DNA from: Mustelus asterias
Lineage: Eukaryota
Direction of reading: 5' to 3'
Assembly: GCF_964213995.1 (NCBI RefSeq)
Contig: NC_135821.1
Coordinates: 46,128,001 to 46,192,000 of the forward strand
DNA length: 64,000 bases
Made by a program: the position numbers and the translations under genes. How positions within the stretch are numbered: the first letter of the stretch is position 1; each line of letters starts with the position of its first letter. The notes beneath the pieces were generated by a model, which was not told the DNA's origin, searched no databases, and saw only the letters and a list, made by a program, of their open reading frames with translations. This document shows, in pieces, positions 1-12,200 of this stretch.

Positions 1-1000
1 TTGTTGTTGGAGATCAGTCAGATAATTTCAGGATATTATTGCAGGAAGTGCTCAGAGTAGTTAGTATCATAGGCCCAAATGTCTACAGCTGCTTCTTCAA
101 TTACCTTTCTTACATCAGAAGGTCAAATCTGAGGACATTTGCTGATTAATACACAATGTTGAGAACCATTCTTAACTCCTCAGACACTGAATTTGTCCAT
201 GTCCAAATGCAGCAAGACCTGAACAATATCCAAGCTTGGGCTGACAAGTGGCAAGTAACATTCACGCCCACACTAGTGACAGGCAATGACCATCTCCAAC
301 AAGAGAGAATCTAACCATCATCCCTTGATATTCAGTGATATTACCATTGCTGAATCTCCTACTATCAACATCCTGGGAATTGCCATTGATCAGAAAATAC
401 ACTGCACTGCCCATATAAATACTCTGGCCCCACGAGCAGGTCAGAGGTTAGAAATTATATGGTGAGTAACTCATCTCTGACTCCCCAAAGCTTAACACAA
501 GTCAGGATTGTGATGGAATATCTCCTACTTGCCTGGATGAATGCAGTTCCAACACCATTCAAGAAGCTCGATACTATCCATGGACAAAGCAGCCTGCTTG
601 ATTGGCACCCCATCCACAATCATTCACTCCCTCCACCACTGATGCACAATAGCAGTTCTATGTATCATTAACCAGATGCATGACAGGAATTCACCAAGGT
701 TCCAGAGACAGCACCTTCCATACCAATCACCACTAGATTCCAGAAGGGCAAGGGCAGTAGATACATGGGACAGCAGCCCTTGGAAGATCCCCTTGAAGTC
801 ATCTTGGCATGGAAATATATCGCTGCACCTTCACTGTCGCTGGGTAAAAATCCTGGAATCCCTCCCTAACAGCACCATGGGTGTACCTACATCATCGAGA
901 CCACAACGGCTCAAGAAGGCAGCTCACCGCCACTTCTCAAGGGCAATTAGGCATGTGCAATAAATGTTGGCCCAGTCAGCGATGCCTACATCCCATGAAT
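1..1000 (+). mobile_element. Degraded CR1-group LINE 3' part (end of RT plus 3' tail)
   Basis: Remnant RT motifs (acatttgctgat, tgggctgacaagtggcaagta) and the tail gggcaattagg..caataaatgttggccc that recurs across the window. Confidence 0.75.
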
Positions 1001-1669
1001 TATTTTTTTAAAAACACATGGCAAATTGGAAGATGCAATGATACATTGCAGTCTCTGATTTATGGAGATTCACCGAGTTGTCACAGAATATTGGACAATT
1101 TTGGAAAGTTGCCTGGCACAAGCTACCAGGTTTATTTGGTGAGATTTGCTTGGCATGAAAATGACAACCTCCAGAATTGGCGCACGGGGTGGAAATAAAG
1201 AACTGTGAACAGAGCTCAGGAAACATTGCCTGGAGTGCTAAATGCAAACAATGGCAGCTTAGTACACTCTCGCTCCAAACTCTGGAGATGGAGGTAGGGA
1301 TTCCTGGGAAACAAGTAATTTGGCACGGGGAAGGAAACAAGAATATATAAGAAAAGAACAGGAATGAGATCAGAAGACAGAAAGGTGTAAACAGCAATAA
1401 AATTATAAATATGGCCAAACTTGCAGGCTCCAGATTGAGGAAAATGGCAAAAATGATGAATGAGTCATTCCATTATCTTCACATCAGTGTCTACAATGTA
1501 ACTAAATAAGGTTGGCGAAATGTCGGCACAAATTGCTTCATTGAATTATAGTGTGATTGTGTTAACAGATGTTTTACTCAAACAGAGCCAGAAATGGGGA
1601 GTTCTTATAAAAATGCTGGAAATACTCGGTAGATCAGGCAGTATCTGCGACAAGAGGAACAGAGTTATT

Positions 1670-1795
1670 GGGCAGAAGTTTATGGCCTCGCTCCTCCCAA
1701 AACTGCAAAATCCCGCCTGGGGTCAACAGACCTTCCCATTGTCCGCTCCTCGCCTGCTCTGAATCCCGTGGTGGGCGGGCGGTAAAATTCCAGCC
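1670..1795. mobile_element. ~127-bp MITE (PIF/Harbinger-like)
   Basis: Imperfect TIRs gggcagaagttt..aaaattccagcc, flanked by ATT on both sides. Homologous to the copies at 11228 and 52864. Confidence 0.65.
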
Positions 1796-2134
1796 ATTGC
1801 TTCAGGTTTGTGGTGTTTCATCAGAAAGGTCCTCAACCATAAATATTGGGCAGAATTTAGTGTGGGTGGCTTGGGGTGAGCCCGCTGGTGGAAGAACCAA
1901 TGGGAAATCCCTGTCAACTCTCCAAGGGACATCTAATGCTTTTTAAGTGCGTTCAGGCACTTAAGTGGACAGCATCAGGTTTCCGACTGAACTAAGGCCC
2001 CATTAAAGTGGAAATTCCACCTGAGAGCTGCTGGCCAATCAGTGCCTGGCAGTGCCACCAAGACCAGAGGCCGCTGCCAATAATTCAGTAAAGCCTTCAC
2101 CGGAGATCATCACTGGACCCCTGGAGACAGGTTA

Positions 2135-2435
2135 TTTTTAATTCATTCATGAGACATGGGCGTCACTGGATGGCCAGCATATATTGCCCCATCCCTATTG
2201 ACCCGAGGGCAGTTGAGAGTCAACCGCACTGCTGTGGCTCTGGAGTCACATGTGGGTCAGACCAGGTAAGGGCGGCAGATTCCCTTCCCTAAAGGACATT
2301 AGTGAACCAGATGGGTTAATTCCGACAATTGACAATGGTTTCATGATCATTAGTAGATTCTTAATTCCAGATATTTTTATTGAATTTGAATTCCACCACC
2401 TGCTGTAATGGGATTCTAACCCGGGTTCCCAGAAC
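2135..2435 (-). mobile_element. tRNA-headed SINE sharing the LINE 3' tail
   Basis: Reverse complement matches the element at 47588-48240 (gggttcaaatccc B-box, gaatctact.atga.catgaa body, LINE-like tail). Confidence 0.65.
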
Positions 2436-2589
2436 ATTTTTTAAATGTCATAGACTTTGATGGAGGGAACAACATTATAAAGTTTAAAGATGGTATGAAA
2501 CTTAACAGATTATCATTATCAGCATCAGGAAGACATAGAGAGGATGGTAAAATAGCTGAAGAATGACAAATAGACTTTTTTAAATTCAT

Positions 2590-4760
2590 GAGATATTGGC
2601 ATCTCTGGTGAGGAGAAGGTGATGTTGATCTGCCACAAGAAGGCTCTCCATTAAGCAGGGTATTCGAAGGTGTTGACCCAGTGATGATGAAGGAATTGAG
2701 ATATATTGCCAAATCTGGATTGTGTGTGACTTACTAAGAAATTTTGAGGTGCTGTTGTTACAATAAAACCGATCCCCTTGTCCTTGTAGATGGTGGAAGG
2801 CACGGGTTTGAAAGGTGCTGAAGAAGGAGCTTCGGCTGGTTGTTATGGTGCAACTTTAGATGGTACACACTGTTGCGACCATGGGCCGCTGGTGGAGGAA
2901 GTGTATGTTTAAGGTGGTGGATGGGGTGCCAATCAAGTGAGCTGTTTTATCCTGCTTGGTGCTAAACTTTTGAGTGTTGTAGGAGCTGCACTCATTTAGG
3001 CGAGTGGAAAGTATTTCATCCACTCCTAACTTGTACCCTGTAGACGGTGGAAAGATGAGTCACTCACAACAAAATACCCAACTTCTGCCCTGCACTTGTA
3101 TTCACAGTGTTTCTGTGGCTGGTTGAATTAGGTTTCTGGTCAGTGGTGACCCACAGGGATGTTGATGGTGGATTCAACAATGCTAAAGTCAGGGGAGATG
3201 TTTCAACTCTTTCTTGTTGGATGGAGATGGTCATTGGCTGGCATTTGCATGGGATGAATATTACAAGCCAGTTATCAGATCAAGCCTGAAAGTTAGTCAG
3301 GTCTTATTCCACTCAAATGGAACTGAATACTGTCATTGTTAATGAACATCCTGACAGTGGATGAAAGGTCATTGATGAAGCAGTCGCAGACAGATGGGCA
3401 CAGGACACCATCCTGAGGAATTCCTGCAGCGATGTCCAAGGATTGAGATGATTGACCGCCAACAACCACAACACCTTCCTTTGTGCTCGATATGATTACA
3501 GCCAGGGAGATTTTCCCTCTGATTCCCAATGATTTCAATTTTACAAGAATCTCTTGATGGAATATTTCATCAAAAGCTGGTGTGATGTCAATGACACCTT
3601 GGCACTTCTCGCTGAAGGTACTGTACTTACAATGCTTCAGCATTATCATTTTGGTTTCACATTCTGATCTCCCCCATTGGTGAGGATGAGGGTGTCTGTG
3701 CAGCCTCCTCCACCAGTGCACTGTTTAACTGTCCACCATCTTTCACGTTTGGATGTGGCTGGGCTGCAGAGCTTTGATCTGATCTGTTGGTTGTGGGGTT
3801 TCTCACTTCTGTCTATCGCAAGTTGTTTCTGTTGTTTAGTACATCTGTAGACCTGTGTTATAGCTTCACTCGGTTGACACCTCATTTTTCAATACACCTG
3901 GTACTGCCCATCGTGTGCTCCTTTACTCCCCATTGGACCAGGTTTAGTCCCCTGGCTTCATAGTAATGTGTGAGGACCAGATTGGGTCGTTATGTTCCCA
4001 ATTGTATTGGAATACAATTCTGCTGCTGCCGATGCACAGTGACTCATGGATGCCTTGTTTTGTGCTGCTATATCTGTCCTGAATCTATCTATTTAGCTTG
4101 GTTGCAGTGCCGCATAACACAATGGAAGTGTCTTCAGTGTGAATATGGAACTTTGTATCCACAAGGACTGTGCAGTGGTCATTTCTACCAATATAGTCAT
4201 GGACAAGTGAATCCGCAGCAGATGAGGATGAGAACGATAGGTGGTTCCCTTGCTTTGGTTCTCTTGCCACTTGCTGCAGATCCAATCTGACAGATCTGAC
4301 TTTCAGTACTCCAATTGGTGAGTAAGAGTGTTTTTGAACCATGATTGGTTGTGGACTTTGAAATCCCCCACCCAGAGGACATGTGGTGCCTTTGTGCCTC
4401 TTCTCACTGAGTTTCAACATGGAGAAGGACTGAGATTTGTCAGGTTTTAGGGAGGATGATAATCAGCAGGTTGTTCTTTTGTCCATGTTTGACCTGATAA
4501 CTTCATGATGTCCAGAGTCAATGTTGAGGACTCCAGGTCCAATCCCTCTGTATTGTATATCACTGAGCTACCACCTCTTGTGGTTCCATTTTGCCAGTGG
4601 GACAGGACATACCCAGGAATGGCGCTGCTGAGTCTCGGATTTTGGCTAAAAAAGGTATGATTCTATGAGTATGACTATGCCAGGCTGCTGCTTGTTTCAT
4701 CTGTGGGACAGCTCTCCTAATTTTGGAACAAGGCTCCAGGTGGTAGTTAATGAGCAGAAT
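2590..4760 (-). mobile_element. Degraded CR1-group LINE (endonuclease/RT remnants)
   Basis: Minus-strand ORF 3293-3721 contains DITPAFDEIFHQ..GIPQDGVLCP..FINDL, a degenerate RT motif set. Confidence 0.75.
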
Positions 4761-5679
4761 TTTACAGAGTTTGACACCATCCAGGACAAAGCATCCCTCT
4801 TGATTGGTGCACCTTTCACAAACATCCACTCCCTCCACCACCGACGTTGAGCAGCAACAGTGTGTATCACCCACAAGCCACATTGCAGGAACCTTCAGAG
4901 TTGACTGCCTAAGTCTGGCACTTAAGTCGATACTGAGCAGTGGGTTCAGTTTCATTCTTGTTTTGTAGCAGTTTGGCACAACCTAGTGGCTTGTTAGGCC
5001 ATTTCAAAGAGCAGTTAAGAGTGAGCTACATTGCTGTGGGTCTCGGCTTGCCTCTTGACGAGACCAGGCACTGACTAGAGATGTTTCCCTTAAAGACATT
5101 GGTGAACCAGATGGATTTTCATGATTACCCAGCAGTCTCATGGTTACTATTGCTTTTATACTAGTTTTCTTCAAATCAATGCAGAAAATGTGAAGTGAAG
5201 CACTTTGGGAAGACTAATATGGAAACATAGGATATGACAAGTGGCAAGATTTTTAAAATGTCTTCATGGGCAGAGAGATTTTAGTGTCCATAGAGCAGAG
5301 AAATTTTGGTGGCCTTATACACAAATACTTAAAGATGGTAGGGCAAGTTGATAAGTTGATTTAAAAAGCACATGAAATATTTTATAATTGGAGGAATCAA
5401 ATATATATACAAACATATGGACATTCAGGCATCCAAATTAGGAATAGGCGTAGGCCACTGGGTTCTTGAGCCTGCTCCACCATTTGATGCCATCATGCAT
5501 GATCTGATTGTGGTCTCAGCTTAACTTTCCTGTCCATCCCATAATGTCCTTTGTTCGTCAAGAATCTATCTACCTCTGTCTTAAAAATATTCAATGTTCC
5601 TGCCTCCACTGCTCAGGAAGAGCCACGGCCCTGTGAGAGAAAAGATTTCTCCTCATCTCCATCTTCAATGGGTACCCGT

Positions 5680-6515
5680 TTTGAAGGGATGTGGGCATCG
5701 CCGGCCAGGCCAGCATTCATTTCCCATCCCTAAGTGCCCTTGAGAAGTGGTGGTGAACTGCCTAACTGCCGCCTTGAATCACTGCAGTCGATGTGGTGCA
5801 GGTACGTCCACAGTGCTGTGAGGGAGAGAGTTCCAGGATCTTGACCCAGTGACAGTGAACGATCGGTGATATAGTTCAAGTCAAGACGGTGAGTGAGTTG
5901 GAGGGGAACTGGTAGATGGTGGTGTTCCTTGGTATCTGCTGCCTTTGTTCTTCCAGATGGCAGTGGTCATGGGTTTGGAATGTGCTGATGAAGGAGCTCC
6001 TGGTAGGTTCCTGCAATGTGGCTTGTGCGTGATACACACTGTTGCTGCTCAACGTCGGTGGTGGAGGGAGTGGATGTTTGTGAAAGGTGCACCAATCAAG
6101 AGGGATGCTTTGCCCTGGATGGTGTCAAACTTCTTGACTGTTATTGGAACTGCAATTGTCCAGGCAGAGGGAGAGTATTCCATTACACTCCTGACTTGTG
6201 ACTCCTGAATGGTTGACAGGCTTTGGGGAGTCAGGAGGTGAGTTGCTCATTGCGGTATTCCTAACCTCTGACCTGCGCTTGTAGCCACAGTATTTATATG
6301 GCTAGTCAATTTCTGGCCAATGGTAACCCCAGGATGTTGACAGTGGGGAATTCAGTGATGATAATGCTATTGAATATCAAGGGGTTGTGGTTCGATTCTG
6401 TCTTGTTGGAGATGGTCATTACCTCACACTCGTGTGGCATGAATGTTACTTACCACTTGTCAGCTTGGGCCTGGATATTAGCCAGGTCCTGCAACATTTT
6501 GACATGGACTGGGTC
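5680..6515 (-). mobile_element. LINE 3' fragment, same family as 1-1000
   Basis: Reverse complement is colinear with about 250-1000, including the tail. Confidence 0.75.
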
Positions 6516-9500
6516 AAAATGGAGGAGGAGATGGCCGAGTGGTATTATCGCTAGACTATTAATCCAGAAATTCAGCTAATGTTCTGGGGACCCAGGTTCG
6601 AATCAGGCCACAGATTTAATATCATCAACAAAAAAATCAAGACGGGTGATAAGGAGAAACATTTCACTCAGAATTGTTGACATCAGGGACATTCTGCCTG
6701 AAAGGTGGTGAAAGCTGATTCAAGAAATAATTTAAAAGTGAGTTGAACAGACACTTGTGGATGAGGAACTTACAGGGTTACGGACAAGATGCAGCCATAT
6801 GATGCTAAGCCAGATTGCTCCTTCAAAGAGCCAGAATGAGCACGATGGACTGAATGGCCTTTTCAGTGCTGGGAAATAGGATAATGGTTAAATGTAATAC
6901 TGGATGGGATTTTGTCCTTTGGATTGGGACCTGGACATCGGGGGTCAAATGGGAGTCACAATTGTGTGGGAAGCCGTCACCCGACAGTGATTTTACTGAA
7001 TTGATCCATCATGGCCAGAAGGCGGGCTAATCGCGGGCTGTGAGCCAATCTAGCTTGAAAGGAGATGAAGCCTGTCGTTCAGGTAAAAGAGAGGGTGGGC
7101 GTGCCCATTATGAGGTTCCTTCTCTCCAGTTAGTTATGGGGAGGGGTTGGAAACTTAGTGAAGTTCCCTCAGAGTTGACCAAGAGATTTTCAAGATGAGA
7201 AATTTTGGTAGACTCGATGGAGAATAGACAGAGAAAAATATTCTTTCTGGCAAGTGGAGAGGTTCCCTCTCACCAGCTTTTTAAACTTTTATGTTCAAGA
7301 ATTCCCTCAGTAACTGGGCCACCATTGTGTAGGTGGCGCCTTTCAGAGTGAGTTGTGACCAGGCGGGAAGCTGGAGCTGCAGCTGCACGTTAAACATGGG
7401 GCCTTGGATTAAATTGTTAAATTGAAACAAAAAAAACCTGCTTCAAATATGCAGGTTGCTTGGTAATGTATAACCTTGTTTGGATCAAAGTGAGAAGTAC
7501 TAATTCACACAGGGGATGGAGAAACCTTCATCCAGCTTTTGATTGGGCCTTTTTAATCTAATGGAACAAAATGATATTTGTCTGATCATCCTTTGTAGCC
7601 CTCGCTGATTGTTTCTCAAATTCTAATCTACAGTTACAGCCTTATTTATTTTTTTGGCATGTCATAATTCTGCTGGTTCCCAAATTAAACGTATTCTGCC
7701 TGTCACTGAAATCCTCTAGATTACAATCCTGCTGTATGGAAAGGCTTCTGATCACTATCCATGATTTCTTAATAAACTGTCAGTTAGCCCAGAATTGAAT
7801 CCCCCTCCCCATAGTGGGTTTTGTGGTGAGAGTGGGCGCAAAGGGTGGGTGACATTTAATTTGTGGGAGGCCAGTGGGTAGGGATTCTGTTGTCGTCTCA
7901 TATCTAGGGTGACTAAGTCCATTAGAGGAAGATCTGTGGAAGGCCGTCTTGCCCCACCACCAATTGAGACCCTGAAGTGGGCAATCGAGATTTTAGGCAG
8001 CAGTGTTAATCTCAATAATGGTGACCATGAAATTAACACTAATTATTTGACATTCTATTGGAGAATTGTCCAGAAAAGAGTTGGCAGGAATAACTCAAAA
8101 ACTGCAAGTTTGAAAATAATTAGTCAGTTTTGTATGTTTGACACTGTGCAGCGAGAAACTGCCAATTGACTCCCCAATATATCGTCCCAGTCTTTGTCGA
8201 AGTGAAATGAGGGCAACTCATTCCTGTTCCCATCCACTTACTGTAAAAGTAGGCGGAGAGTGAATCCTAATGAATGTCAAATTAGCACATGGAATTCATT
8301 GCATCAAGCCTGTAGGCACAATTACTTCGTTGCACTCAAAAATCTAGCCACCCAGGCCAGAACTTTCCAGCCGTTTACGCCGGCGGGATTCTCTGATCCC
8401 GCTGCAGTGAACAGAGGTTTGGCTAAGCACCAAATTCTCCATCCTTGCAGCGGCAATGGGGTGTGAACAGCCTCAGAGTCTGATTGAGGAAACTGGCATG
8501 GTGGGAGGTGGAGGGTGGGGCGGGGGGGGGGGTGGGGAGGCATAGAGAACCACCCCCCCTGCCTTTCCCACCAACCACTCCCCCATGACTCCCCTCCCAG
8601 CATGCCTCAATTGCGGCCTGAGCTCTAATGACATTAACAGGCCTAAAGTGGGTGTCGCACTGGCAGCAGCCACTGCCTCCTCTGTGCGGCACAACCATTG
8701 AATGGACCTGCTAGCCTTATTAGCCGACAGCTCTCGGCAGGCAGGACCTCTGCAGGACTCACTGCTGTCCAGCTAAGTGCCTGAGTGGCCTTCCTTCAAA
8801 GGGGGTGACAAAGATTTCCTGCCTGCTCTCCAATCGGCAGACCACATCCCTCTGGCTTCCAATGAATCTAGAACTCAGAGTGGGGAGATACTTCTGTCGC
8901 ACAGAGAAATTTAGATGGAGAGGCAAGGCCAATTTATGGAACCATAAATGTTGAATAGAACTGAAAAGGAAAAAAAAACAAAGGAAGTATTCTTCCCCAG
9001 AAGCTCAAGGCAAAGTATTTCACAGCCCTGGATTGTAGGAATTAGTCAAGGGTTAAAGTAAACAGGGCCTGAAGTCAGACAATTCATGCTGTTTGAATTC
9101 CTGGGAAAGAATTTAGTGTTGAGTAAGTGTGGAGTGCACTTTCTGCATTGCCACAACTCTTTTCTCTCGGTATTCTTAAAGGAGACAACTGGTAGTTGTT
9201 TGAGGAAGTATCAACTTGGAAAATAAATTGTTAATTAAAATGACATTTTCTTGCAGTCAGAGTCTAGTCACTTTGAAGCCAAATTTCCAAATCATAAAAA
9301 ATGCTTCAGTGGCCTGAACATGTTTCTTTCTGGAGATCTGCTCAGCTTCTGCCTGTCCCGTTCACAGGACAGAGCTGTCAACATTTTGTTAGAGAATTGT
9401 CCAAAAAAGCGGTAGCAGGAGTAAGTTAACAATTGTGAGTTTGAAAATAATTAGTCAGTTTTGTATGTTTGATACTGTGCAGTGAGAAACTGCCAATTGA

Positions 9501-10096
9501 TTGCCCGATATATCGTCCCATTCTTTGTTGAAGCTTGTAGAAGCTGATGGTTTTAGGGAAATGAGGACAACTCATTACTGTTCCCATCCACTTACTGTAA
9601 AAGTAGCTGGGGAGTGAGTCCTAATGAATGTCAAATTAGCACATGGAATTTGTCGCTATAACGCCTGTAGGCACAATTACTTAGTTGCACTCAAAGGTCT
9701 CCCACAGTTCTCCGCTAGAAGATGAGGGACTAATATTGCAGAGGCAATCTCTTTACCTAAAGATACAATAAAATAGCACAGGCAGTGACAATGGAAGTTT
9801 TTTTAATTTACTCTTTGATGGAATGTGGGCATCACTGGCAAGGCCAGTATTAGTTGCCCATCCCGACTTGTCCTTGAACTGAGTGACTTGCCATACCATT
9901 TCAGAGAACAGTTAAGTGGGCCTGGAGTCACATGTAGGGCAGACCAAGTAAGGATGGCAGATTTCCTTCCCTAAAGGACATGTGAACCAGATTGGTTTTT
10001 ACAATAATTAGTGATCGTTTCATGGTCACCATTGTTGAGACTAGCGTTTAATTCCAGATTTATTAATTGGATTTAAATTCCACCCGCTGCCATTTT

Positions 10097-10449
10097 GGGT
10101 GGCACGATGGCACAGTGGTTAGCACTGCTGCCTCTCAGCATGAGGGCCTCGGGTTTGAATCCAGCCATGAGTGACTGTCTTTGTGGAGTTTGCACACTCT
10201 TCCTATATTGGCGTGAGTTTCCTCCGGGTGCTCTGGTTTTCTCCCACAGTCCAAAGATGTGCACGTTAGGTGGATTGGCCATGCTAAATTGCCCCTTAGT
10301 GTCTTGATACGTGTAGGGAGGATTAATGGAGTAAATATGTGGGTAAAAACATTGGGTTACAGGGACAGGGCCTGGTTAAGATGAGTTGGTGCAGACTCAA
10401 TGGGCTGAATGGCCCTCTTCTGCACTGTAGGGTTTTATGATTCTATGAT
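10097..10449 (+). mobile_element. HE1/V-SINE-type tRNA-derived SINE, nested in an older minus-strand SINE (~9805-10520)
   Basis: tggcacagtggttagcactg A-box head, gtgagtttcctccgggtgctctggttt V-type core, CR1-like tail ending in (attctatg). Confidence 0.85.
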
Positions 10450-11227
10450 CCATTTGTCCCGAGAGCATTAGACTGGACCTCTGGAATACAGTGACATTAC
10501 CACGACACCATTGTTTCCCCCACAGTAGCACTAAGGACAATGCATGAAAATATCCAGTCACAGTAGCATTTATTCAGGTTGCCTGTTCATTTGGTGTTCA
10601 TGAGATGTGATGAGCTTTTGTCCTGGATGAATTTTCTTGCTCAGAAAGGAAGGACGTAAGACCAGAAAACCATACGAAATAGGAATAGGAGCAGTTCATT
10701 CAGCCCTTTGAACCTGCTCTGCCATTTAATAGGATTATGTCTGATCTAACACTCACCAAGTCCACTTTCCTGCCACATCAGTGCTAGGGAACCGAAAAAG
10801 TATTGCCATTTTTAGATACAGTTACGATCTGGATTAAATATGGCATAACTCTTCCCCATTTTCATTCATCCTGACCTCAACTCCAACAGCGTAATTTTCC
10901 CTTCTCCACATCAGCCATGCTTGTTTCCCTTTGAATGAAATCTCAAATTTGGAATCCATTTACACCTCATTCTATTGAGGACCTTTACAGTCATTAGAAG
11001 TAAAAGGCCTATGTTCTGTCAATCCCCTGGGGGTACGATTATAACTAGAAACTGATAAAAAGCATTGCACCCACAATACTGTCCTATTCACGAGTTACTG
11101 TACGAGCACTGACAGCAATTAAATATAGACATTTTTAAACAAACAGAAATATTCTAGTTAAATGATAGCTTTCATGTTGACTGTATTTCGAAGATGAATG
11201 GTCCAAGTCAGCAGGTAGGGAATCTTA

Positions 11228-11354
11228 GGGTGGGATTTTCCAGCATCGCTCGTCCCAAAGCCAGTTAATCCCACTCTAGTTCAACCGACCTTTGCATGGT
11301 CCGTGTCCCGCCGGCTATGATTCCCGTGGCAGGTGGGACGGGAACATTCCGCCC
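11228..11354. mobile_element. 127-bp MITE (PIF/Harbinger-like)
   Basis: TIRs gggtgggatttt..aacattccgccc with a TTA target-site duplication on both sides. Confidence 0.75.
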
Positions 11355-11837
11355 TTAGCATTCAATTCAGACACCCCTGGTTAGCTGGACTTCAGTTTAT
11401 TAGTTAGTAGGACGTCATTCACCTACACCTCTCTCAAACCCACACTTTCTCCCAATCCCTTATTTTATTTTTTGTAATCTGGTCATTTTGCTTGTAGCAA
11501 TAATCTTAGAATAGAATAAAATACACTGAAGAATGATTTGTCACCACTCATTTCAGTTATATTGTTAGCTGTTCGTTTCCAGCAGCTCATTCTATTGAAT
11601 GCTATGTTTAAAACAATGGCCTGGGGAATTCACTAAATTATGCTGGTTTTTGCAGTGCAATTCATCCAAAATCAACCAAACGCTCACGCAGGATTAAGGT
11701 ATTTCAAGCACAAACTATATCTGGCACAAATTGAGTGGCCACAGACTTTTTGCGAGCTTAAGAGAAATTCCACTGGAAGTTGACTCCATCCACAAAACCG
11801 GTTGCATTCTAAAACTGAACTAATCACATCATAATTG

Positions 11838-12200
11838 TAAAATTCTAACAAGATTAGACAGGATAGATTCAGAAAGAATGTCCTCGATGGCGGGGGAGTC
11901 CAGAACTAGGGGTTATAGTTTGAGGGTAAGGGATAAACCTTTTAGAACTGAGGTGAGGAGGAACTTCTTCACGAAGAGAATGGTGAATGTGTGGAATTCA
12001 CTCCCACAGGAAGTAGTTGAGGGCAAAACATTATGTGATTTCAAGAAGAAATTAGATATAACTCTGTGCGCTAAAGGAATCAAGGCTCTATGGGGGAAAG
12101 GCGGGATCATATTATTGATTTTGACGATCAGCCATGATTGAAATGAATGGCGGAGCAGGCTCGAAGGGCCAAATGGCTACTCCTGCTTCTCGTTTTTACG
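11838..12200 (+). mobile_element. CR1 LINE 3' fragment
   Basis: ESRTRGYSLRV..FRTEVRRNFFTKRMVNVWNSLP, the CR1 ORF2 C-terminus, followed by the 3' UTR. Confidence 0.9.

Noticed and set aside
10097-10170. tRNA-like sequences at SINE heads, here and elsewhere
   Set aside because: They have A/B boxes but continue into SINE bodies, with no complete cloverleaf.
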